This document shows positions 1-6,678 of a stretch of DNA of 34,405 nt, piece by piece; the first letter of the stretch is position 1; every line of letters begins with the position of its first letter. The notes under the pieces were generated by a model, which was not told where the DNA came from, ran no database searches, and was given only the letters and a program-made list of their open reading frames with translations. The position numbers were made by a program, and so were the translations under genes. Source of the DNA: a virus (taxonomy: Duplodnaviria > Caudoviricetes); the IMG/VR virus record IMGVR_UViG_3300048857_000015, positions 1-34,405 of that record, one strand, 5' to 3'.

Positions 1-51
1 GCCTGCGTGCATATGTCCGGCCACTCCGCCGGGCCTGGAAGCCCGGCATGG

Positions 52-127
52 GAGCGCGTAGCTCAGCCGGTAGAGCAACTGACTTTTAATCAGTAGGTCC
101 AGGGTTCGAATCCCTGCGCGCTCACCA
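52..127 (+). tRNA. tRNA-Lys (anticodon TTT), intact, probable prophage attachment gene
   Basis: 76-nt cloverleaf: acceptor stem GAGCGCG/CGCGCTC, D-arm GCTCAGCCGGTAGAGC, anticodon stem ACTGA-CTTTTAA-TCAGT, T-arm CAGGG-TTCGAAT-CCCTG, encoded ACCA 3' end. Confidence 0.98.
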
Positions 128-131
128 ATAA

Positions 132-144
132 AATCAAGCGGTTA
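132..144 (+). promoter_or_regulatory. IHF-binding consensus in the att arm
   Basis: AATCAAGCGGTTA matches WATCAANNNNTTR exactly, just after the tRNA CCA. Confidence 0.6.
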
Positions 145-174
145 AAGGATTTTGTCTGGCCGAACGGGGCGGTG

Positions 175-194
175 AGTCGCCACGCAGTCGCCAC
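175..194 (+). repeat. Tandem 9-bp direct repeat AGTCGCCAC, probable integrase arm-type sites
   Basis: AGTCGCCAC at 175-183 and 186-194 (11-bp period), ~50 bp from the tRNA end. Confidence 0.55.
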
Positions 195-252
195 CGGTTG
201 CAGAAAACCCTTGAGGAAATCTCTCCAAGCGTCCAGCGACTTGACAGAGCAA

Positions 253-1356
253 TTATCGATAGTTTTTCAGCCAAGAGAGATCGTACGCCTGCGAGCTGCG
301 ATAATTGGGTGACAAAACAGCTCGAAGCTTATCGGTAAACAGCTGAACATCGAGGAAGTAGTTCGGGAACGCTTTCCGGAGATCAGACACCTTATTCGCC
401 TGAACCAGCACAGTGTTTCGAGAGCCATGCTTCGCTTCTTCAATGACGTACTGTTCAGCAGAAATTTGATAGCTGGAGAACGGCCGTACGGAAACCGTCC
501 CCGAGGCGGAATCAAACTGCAATAGAAAATACTGCGAGTAGCCAGAATCGTGCTCCTCCGTGTACTTGATCGCCGTTCTGAATTTCTCCAGCGAAGCGAC
601 CGCCTTGATTTTTTTGGTGAGGTCTCGGATCTCTTTCCTGATTTCTTCTCGGCTCACCAAGGCCGTTGGCGCTAACTCTCGATCTTCATCATACGCAATC
701 TCAGATGACATCAATTCGAAAAAGCGCCTCCAGTCCTCGTCGCCGTCCCCGCCCTTGATGTTCTCGCCGCGAACTAACCCGACCGCCTCCACCGCCGTAG
801 CCCAAGCATGCTGAAGTCTGGTTCGGATCTGGATTTCAACGGTCTGCCTGTTGTAGACTTCGGATCGTCCGTCCCCACGAAATTTCAGTATGAAGTGGTG
901 GCTACGATAGCCATCACGTTTTGGGGAAGAGACATAGTCATCTTCCGACTGGATGGTATGTGTTGACCCCCCATCACGATAGATTGTCACAAGGCGGTCG
1001 ACCTCTTTCATTGATCGGACGATGGCCCGGCAACCTGCGATGTCCTGCATTTGGTACAAAGTGATAGGACGCTGCAGCTTTCGCCGGATTGCCTGCATAC
1101 GCTTCAAGCGTGCTGCAGTGATCGCACCGTGCTCAACGGCGTTGATCTTCCGAGCCAACTCCTGCCTTACCCTAAGAAGCGGCAACATGTGTGCGTCCCG
1201 CCAATTGTGTGCGATGCGAAATGCTTCAAACACATCCATAGGCGCATCGACGCATTCAGTGCCCTCTGGCGGATTCAGAAGTAGCCGGGAACGAAGCACC
1301 TTCCCGGCTTTAATGATCTGACTTTTGGAGTGCCGTGGCACCGAGGATACAGTCAT
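253..1356 (-). CDS. capRel: RelA/SpoT small alarmone synthetase family protein, fused CapRel-like toxin-antitoxin (anti-phage)
   Basis: SYNTH motifs RLKR..I..K, QDIAGCR, DY...PK.DGYRS.H, EIQIRT..QH.WA; N-terminal SK.QI.KAG; C-terminal YFLL...VLVQ...LRKAFPNYFLD resembles the CapRel antitoxin domain. ATG 1356 (367 aa) preferred over 1467. Confidence 0.82.
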   Translation of the reverse strand: MTVSSVPRHSKSQIIKAGKVLRSRLLLNPPEGTECVDAPMDVFEAFRIAHNWRDAHMLPLLRVRQELARKINAVEHGAITAARLKRMQAIRRKLQRPITLYQMQDIAGCRAIVRSMKEVDRLVTIYRDGGSTHTIQSEDDYVSSPKRDGYRSHHFILKFRGDGRSEVYNRQTVEIQIRTRLQHAWATAVEAVGLVRGENIKGGDGDEDWRRFFELMSSEIAYDEDRELAPTALVSREEIRKEIRDLTKKIKAVASLEKFRTAIKYTEEHDSGYSQYFLLQFDSASGTVSVRPFSSYQISAEQYVIEEAKHGSRNTVLVQANKVSDLRKAFPNYFLDVQLFTDKLRAVLSPNYRSSQAYDLSWLKNYR

Positions 1357-1536
1357 GTTGCGAGCAGAACTTTCTGTGGAATTCTGCTGACAGTCCCTCT
1401 TGCGCCCTTTGATTGCAAGTATTTCAACCTGCAATTCACTGATTTTGCGTTCCTCGCATTCCGCCACCCGGCCGCCCTTGCGGCGGTCTCCCGAGCAGAA
1501 CCGCAGCCCTGTACCCGCGCCAACGTCGGCGAGCCG

Positions 1537-1833
1537 CTAGAAATTCAAGTAAATATTGACGGCCGGTCGACGGTTGTAGCGATAGTCGTCGCGATATCCG
1601 TAGCTCTGGGTGTAGTCGTAGCGTGGGAAGCACCTGCCGTAGTAGCGGCATGAACGCCAAGCGTGCCGCCTGTTCCAATGGCTGTCGCGCCAATTGCGCC
1701 GATGATTGACCTGCTCAACTGCGCCCGTCTTCACGTGATCCGGCCGAGGCACAGAGATCGGCGCGGCGCTTGCCGGCAGAGCGAAAGCCGCAGCCAAAAC
1801 TGCGGCTGTGAGGGCCGATAAGAACTTACTCAT
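1537..1833 (-). CDS. Small secreted Arg/Tyr/Trp-rich protein (BA14K-like architecture)
   Basis: GAGGAGG RBS before ATG 1833; signal peptide MSKFLSALTAAVLAAAFALPASA; R/W/Y-rich mature part. Confidence 0.7.
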   Translation of the reverse strand: MSKFLSALTAAVLAAAFALPASAAPISVPRPDHVKTGAVEQVNHRRNWRDSHWNRRHAWRSCRYYGRCFPRYDYTQSYGYRDDYRYNRRPAVNIYLNF

Positions 1834-2110
1834 GAAGGGATCCTCCTCGGTGCTGATGAGATTGCACCTAGGAGGCTGAACTGCTGATGAATGGGTGCGC
1901 TCGGTATCGATCAAGGCTGGTCGTGAGATGGAGCCGGCCGACGATCTTAGTCGGCCTCCCGAACCTGCTTCGCATCAGACGACGCTCGCGGTCGTGCACT
2001 AGGTATCAGCGTCCGCCTCCAAACTCTTCGCCCTAACCCACGCCACCCGATTCATTGATTGAATAGTAACTTTCTAGTTGCACGCTCCATCACAACCGAT
2101 GGAGGAAGTC

Positions 2111-3319
2111 GTGGCAAAAGCTTCTGCCCTGACAGACGAAGAGAAAAGCGTCATCAAAGCTCTCCTCATGCAGGGTTGGAGAAATCAAGATATTCACGCC
2201 CTGATCAATTATGAGCGCGGCGCAACAATCAATTTCGGTCGTATATCAGGTGTGAAAAAAGCCGCTATTCTTCCGGCGACGAATGACATGATTGAAGCAT
2301 ATCAGCGCCGAAAGCGAAGTTTTGATCCTCTTACCGGCCTGAACCCGTACTACCATGAACGGTTGGTTAGGGCGCGTGAAGCGATGATATTGGCCGTCAC
2401 GCTGTTTAATAACGGCGCATACCGGTTCAAAACTGAGGTGTTTGCGGTATTGGCCAATATCGCATGGACCTACCTCATGCATGACTATTATGAACGATTG
2501 GAGGGAATACCGATCCTCAACGCCGAAGGAACAACATTCTCTCTAAGCCACATGCTTTCGCGGAAAGACTGCCCTTTAAGCAAAGGTATTAAGCAAAATC
2601 TAGAAGCGTTGAAGCTGATCCGAGATGAGGTAGAGCATAAGCTCTTTGGTCGGAGCGATGGGAATTGGTTGACGCTCTTTCAGGCATGTTGCTTGAACTT
2701 CGATAAATGTTTGGTCGACTTCCACGGCGAGCGAGTCAGTTTACGACACAACCTATCGATTGCCCTCCAATTTGGGAAGATGGCGCTTGAGCAGGTGGCC
2801 CAGCTTCACCAATACGACATTCCAGATAACATCAAAGCGCTCGACGCTGCCTTGAACGCTGGAAAAACCGAAGAGGAGCTGAACGACATCGAGTACCAAT
2901 TTAAGGTCGTCTACACCTTCGACAGCGCCTCTAAGGGGCAAGCGCACATTCACTTTGTGCACCCCGATTCTGAAGAAGGTAAAACCATTCACAACGTGCT
3001 TCAAAAATTCAAAGTCGCGGACGAGCTATACCCCTTCAAGCCGGGCGACGTTGTCGCTGCGGTGAAGAAAGCCGGCAAGGTCTTTACGATGGCGGATCAC
3101 ACAAGAGCTTGGCAAAAATACAAAGTTCGACCAACAAATAGTGCGCCTAGCAAAGACAAAACGGACCGAACGTACTGCATCTATCATCAGGCGCACAGAG
3201 ATTACACATACAGCCAGAAATGGGTTGATAAGTTGATCGCTGAGGCTAAATCTCCCCCTCCGAAACCAACGCATCCGTTGGCGCTGCAGACGGTTGCGGT
3301 AGCGCAGGATGATCTTTAG
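2111..3319 (+). CDS. DUF3644-like (HEPN-like) protein with N-terminal HTH-like extension, putative defence effector
   Basis: AREAMILAV.LFN...FKTE.F.VL..IAWTYLMH and LKLIRDEVEH (RxxxxH); GGAGG RBS before GTG 2111; lower GC than the phage core. Confidence 0.72.
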   Translation: MAKASALTDEEKSVIKALLMQGWRNQDIHALINYERGATINFGRISGVKKAAILPATNDMIEAYQRRKRSFDPLTGLNPYYHERLVRAREAMILAVTLFNNGAYRFKTEVFAVLANIAWTYLMHDYYERLEGIPILNAEGTTFSLSHMLSRKDCPLSKGIKQNLEALKLIRDEVEHKLFGRSDGNWLTLFQACCLNFDKCLVDFHGERVSLRHNLSIALQFGKMALEQVAQLHQYDIPDNIKALDAALNAGKTEEELNDIEYQFKVVYTFDSASKGQAHIHFVHPDSEEGKTIHNVLQKFKVADELYPFKPGDVVAAVKKAGKVFTMADHTRAWQKYKVRPTNSAPSKDKTDRTYCIYHQAHRDYTYSQKWVDKLIAEAKSPPPKPTHPLALQTVAVAQDDL

Positions 3320-3453
3320 CACGGGGGCCGTCGGATGGTGACGCTGACGGCTGGTGCAGTGGTGGCTCGTTGATTACCGGCCGGCGCGCTGCTGGTGTTG
3401 GCGCAGGTGGTGGACCGCGCCGGCCATAGGTGACTGTGAGATGCTTGATGGGC

Positions 3454-3723
3454 CTAAAATTCCTTGCGGATCCAACTGCAATAGGTAAGCCAGTCACGAG
3501 CGCCGCGCGTATTGTTGCAGCGCTTGCACGCCATGGCCAGGTTCGAGGGATGGCCTGCGCCGCCATCAGCGCGGCGCTGTAGATGTTCCAGTGTAGCTGC
3601 ATATGGCCGCGCAGCGTCGTATGGCCGGTAGGTCAGGACCACGTGCTCGCCGCAGTAGCAGCAGCGCCCTTGCTGCTGCCAGAACAGAAGCCACCTGAAA
3701 TACCTTCCTGCGCGCGTGTCCAT
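3454..3723 (-). CDS. HNH endonuclease
   Basis: QQGRCCYCG...ATLEHL...GG...SNL..ACKRCNN. Confidence 0.85.
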   Translation of the reverse strand: MDTRAGRYFRWLLFWQQQGRCCYCGEHVVLTYRPYDAARPYAATLEHLQRRADGGAGHPSNLAMACKRCNNTRGARDWLTYCSWIRKEF

Positions 3724-3747
3724 GCTGCCTCCAAATGGTCGATGCCT

Positions 3748-4215
3748 TCACGCATCGACACGGCGTTGGGCCAGTGACGAGAGAAAGAGAGCCACCTCGT
3801 CCTCGGTCCAGTACCAGTATTCGAGCAGTTTCAAATACCGCTCTGAGAGCGTGATGAGGTGCGGCCCGCCATCGACGAACAGCAATGTCACGGCACGACC
3901 GCCGTTTGGGCCAGGGGCGAAAAGGTGGCGCTCGAGGACAATGGCTCCGAAGTGACCGCGAGCGGCAAGGTGGAGGTCGACGAGATCACCGACTTCGAAT
4001 TGGTGCAGCGTCGCCACGTTTTTTGCGTGTTCGATACGCGCCGCCTCAGTGTCGAGAACTCTGATACCATCGATTTCGATTATGTCGACATCGAGCAGCG
4101 CGTCGTTCGCTACCGCTACAGACTGTGTGCGGCAGATCGGTCTTCTTCTTACCAAGCTGCGCGGCAAGGCAGTTCTGTTGGGTTTGAACGCTTCTGTACG
4201 GACGTGAACGGTCAT
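3748..4215 (-). CDS. Hypothetical protein
   Basis: GAGGAG RBS before ATG 4215; co-oriented upstream of the HNH gene. Confidence 0.6.
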   Translation of the reverse strand: MTVHVRTEAFKPNRTALPRSLVRRRPICRTQSVAVANDALLDVDIIEIDGIRVLDTEAARIEHAKNVATLHQFEVGDLVDLHLAARGHFGAIVLERHLFAPGPNGGRAVTLLFVDGGPHLITLSERYLKLLEYWYWTEDEVALFLSSLAQRRVDA

Positions 4216-4234
4216 TTGTAGGCTCCTCGTTGAC

Positions 4235-4318
4235 TTATTACCCTGTGATAGGTATTTGATACAGGGTGACAAATCCAAAGTCAACACCCCGTATCAATTA
4301 TTTGTCACAGGGTAATAA
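4235..4318. promoter_or_regulatory. Twin palindromic operators between divergent genes
   Basis: ACCCTGT-N14-ACAGGGT (4240-4267) and ACCCCGT-N14-ACAGGGT (4286-4313); outer 14-bp perfect inverted repeat 4235-4248/4305-4318; leftward TTGACT-N17-TATCAA promoter candidate overlaps. Confidence 0.75.
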
Positions 4319-4320
4319 CT

Positions 4321-4554
4321 ATGGATTCCGCTCAACTGAGGATGGCACGCGCGGCGCTGAAAATCGGCGTTCGCGATCTGGCAAAGCTCGCTGGGGTAAC
4401 CACAGCAACAATCACGCGTTTTGAGAACGAGCGCGGGGGATTGAACTCCGTGACAAGCGCCAAAATTAAGACGGCACTCGAGAGCGCCGGGATCATGTTC
4501 ATTGATCAGAACGGCAACGGCCCAGGCGTCCGCCTGCGGGATCGGCAGGCTTAG
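4321..4554 (+). CDS. XRE-family helix-turn-helix regulator
   Basis: AQLRMARAAL....DLAKLAGV...TITRFE...LESAGI.FID.NG.GPGVRLR, typical alphaproteobacterial XRE. Confidence 0.9.
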   Translation: MDSAQLRMARAALKIGVRDLAKLAGVTTATITRFENERGGLNSVTSAKIKTALESAGIMFIDQNGNGPGVRLRDRQA

Positions 4555-4757
4555 TGAGCGAAGCAGTATGCAGCTTCAATTGGGGACAGTGGACAAAAAC
4601 GAAAAAGAAAAATGCCGGCACTCACACCTTTGAAAACTAAAGGACTTTGGCATGGGTCAGCTCCCGCGACTTAAACCTCCCCTTGACCTACATCGCCGAG
4701 CCACGCAGCATAATTAAATCGAGTTCGCACCAATTCTCTTTTGGTGAAAGGACTCCG

Positions 4758-4958
4758 ATGAAACCCCCAGAGAAACTTATCTTCAAGTTCGGTAAGCGTT
4801 TCGAGGCGACTGCGTACGGCAAGCTCTCCGTCGTTCTTGCCTTCACTCTCAGCTTGACCGTTGTCGCCGCGTGGAGCGCACTTTCGGCGGTCCTGCTCTT
4901 CCATGCGGTTGGCTGCTTGATGAGATTCACCCCTGCGCCTTACCTGTGCGTGCTATAA
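4758..4958 (+). CDS. Small putative membrane protein
   Basis: AAAGGA RBS before ATG 4758; one long hydrophobic stretch. Confidence 0.45.
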   Translation: MKPPEKLIFKFGKRFEATAYGKLSVVLAFTLSLTVVAAWSALSAVLLFHAVGCLMRFTPAPYLCVL

Positions 4959-4964
4959 AGCCGA

Positions 4965-5228
4965 ATGACCGAATCCGAACAGCAATACGAGTTCTCAGAC
5001 TTCTCCGGCGAGTTCGTCGACGATGAAGTATCTTTGTCTCTGCGCATTTACCGCGTTGCGGGCACCAACCACGACTGGACGCTTGAGGTGGTCGACGAGG
5101 ATGGGAACACGACGGTTTGGAATGACACCTTTGATACTGATCAAGAAGCGTACGAAGAATTTTTAGCCATCGTACAGCGGGACGGAATTCGCACTTTTCT
5201 AGAAGGCCCTGTGCAAACGTTGCACTGA
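4965..5228 (+). CDS. Hypothetical acidic protein
   Basis: 87-aa globular-looking ORF (W.LEVVD..G...VW...F.TD..A...F). Confidence 0.7.
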   Translation: MTESEQQYEFSDFSGEFVDDEVSLSLRIYRVAGTNHDWTLEVVDEDGNTTVWNDTFDTDQEAYEEFLAIVQRDGIRTFLEGPVQTLH

Positions 5229-5231
5229 CGC

Positions 5232-5260
5232 TTGACCGCAAAATCTCGTGCAAATAGCCT
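5232..5260 (+). promoter_or_regulatory. Sigma70-like promoter for the Xis-like operon
   Basis: TTGACC-N17-TAGCCT, ~115 bp upstream of ATG 5378. Confidence 0.5.
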
Positions 5261-5377
5261 CCACCTCGCGGCCTCACCAACCGCTAAGGCGACCCGGCCT
5301 CTCACCACAAAAAGGGCGAACCTGCTACCGGAGTCTTTTTCGGTGGCAACCTTGAAACGTGAGTGAGAGAGGTGCTT

Positions 5378-5671
5378 ATGCCCCCAACGATTCCCCTCGA
5401 CACCGTTTACACAACTGACGAAGCAGCCGAACGTTTGCGCGTATCCCGGCGGACGATGATCAAGCTCGGCCGCGATCTGGGGGCGTGCTCCATGATCGGC
5501 CGGGAGTACTTTTTCAGCGAGCGCGATCTGCTCGATATCTGGCAGGCTCAGCGGGCAATGCCGACGAGCTCACGAGGGCGCGCCATTAGCGTGAAAGGGT
5601 TTCTGTCTGATGTGCGGCTTCAACATTCGCTACAGCAGCTCACGCAGAAAAAACGGAAGCGCCGCCAATGA
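5378..5671 (+). CDS. Excisionase-like (HTH_17) DNA-binding protein
   Basis: VYTTDEAAERLRVSRRTM..L......IGR.YFF...DL; GAGAGG RBS. Confidence 0.75.
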   Translation: MPPTIPLDTVYTTDEAAERLRVSRRTMIKLGRDLGACSMIGREYFFSERDLLDIWQAQRAMPTSSRGRAISVKGFLSDVRLQHSLQQLTQKKRKRRQ

Positions 5672-5967
5672 AGATCGATCTTCTTTCCCAACTTCCGCTC
5701 TTCGCCACCGACAAAGAACTGGCCGTGGCGATTGTGGGTAAGGATCGCGCATCCATGTGGGTGAAAACGGTCATTCCGCAACTCGAGCGCAAAGGCTTCC
5801 CGCGCATCGACCCCTTGCACGACGGCAGACCAGTGCCGCTCGTGCGGAAATTCTATGACGGTTATTTTGGCATCACTGCCGGCTTCGCGGCGGTAGCGCC
5901 CGACGGGAAAGAGAACTTGGGCATGTGGAAGTCTCAACGCCGCGCCAGGAGGCCTGTCGATGAATGA
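5668..5967 (+). CDS. Small putative winged-helix/Xis-like phage protein
   Basis: ATGA-coupled; LFATDKELA.AIVG...W......LERKGFP.IDPL..GR..P.V..FYD. Confidence 0.65.
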   Translation: MKIDLLSQLPLFATDKELAVAIVGKDRASMWVKTVIPQLERKGFPRIDPLHDGRPVPLVRKFYDGYFGITAGFAAVAPDGKENLGMWKSQRRARRPVDE

Positions 5968-6220
5968 CTCCCCTCGCCTCATCGGCCGCAAAGAGGCGGC
6001 TGAATACTGCGGCATCTCTCCGACATGCTTTTCGATGTGGGTGGCCAGTCACAAGATGCCCCCGGCCATACCTGGCACGCGGAAGTGGGACAAGCGCGCA
6101 ATCGATGCGAAACTCGACGAGATCAGCGGGCTCGATGTTCGCGAGAAGCAGGCTGAAACCGGCTTGCAAAGATGGCGTCGTGAGCGCGACTTGCGGCGAG
6201 CAGTACGAGAAGCGCGTTGA
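5960..6220 (+). CDS. AlpA/excisionase-like DNA-binding protein
   Basis: PRLIGRKEAAEYCGISP..F..WV....MPP.IPGTRKWD.RAID..LD; overlaps the previous stop. Confidence 0.8.
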   Translation: MNDSPRLIGRKEAAEYCGISPTCFSMWVASHKMPPAIPGTRKWDKRAIDAKLDEISGLDVREKQAETGLQRWRRERDLRRAVREAR

Positions 6221-6320
6221 CCCAACCCACCTGTGGAACAACAGCCCATCTCCCCTTCCCCACAGCGCGCCGCCATGCTTAGTTGCGCGTGGGCTAAATT
6301 TCTTCTTTGAGGGGCATTAC

Positions 6321-6653
6321 ATGAAAATCGGTCTGATCGTGCTGGCGTCCGCGCTGGCTATGGCTTCCTGCGCAAAACGTCCTGACGCAATCGTTCCGGT
6401 CGATATTCCGATGGCGGCGTACAGCAATCAAAGCTGTCAGGGTCTGGCGCAAGAGCTGATGAAAGAGCAGGCCAATCTCGCTGCCGTTTCGAAGCAACAG
6501 AATCAGGCAGCGACGGGCGATGCCATCGGCGTGTTCTTGGTCGGTGTGCCAGCGTCCAGCACCTTCGGAGGGGATAAGGAAGGCCAAGTCGCCGTGTCGA
6601 AGGGCAAGGTCAATGCGATCGAATCTTCGATCAAGGCTAAGGGGTGTAAGTAG
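6321..6653 (+). CDS. Putative lipoprotein
   Basis: GAGGGG RBS; signal peptide II MKIGLIVLASALAMAS-C; two further Cys. Confidence 0.75.
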   Translation: MKIGLIVLASALAMASCAKRPDAIVPVDIPMAAYSNQSCQGLAQELMKEQANLAAVSKQQNQAATGDAIGVFLVGVPASSTFGGDKEGQVAVSKGKVNAIESSIKAKGCK

Positions 6654-6678
6654 CGCGCGTTGGAGTTTCGAGGTTACG

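Noticed and set aside
253-1356. Housekeeping RelA/SpoT (Rsh)
   Set aside because: Too short; lacks HD hydrolase, TGS and ACT domains
4683-4714. TTGACC...CATAAT promoter
   Set aside because: The 20-bp spacing is too long for sigma70, so it was not called
5270-5310. CTCACCA matches to the tRNA 3' end as a second att site
   Set aside because: Only 7 bp of identity with no T-arm sequence; too short to support an att core
5964-6678. Apparent 229-aa and 538-aa extended ORFs
   Set aside because: The extensions overlap other genes; signal peptide and RBS place the starts at 6321 and 6679
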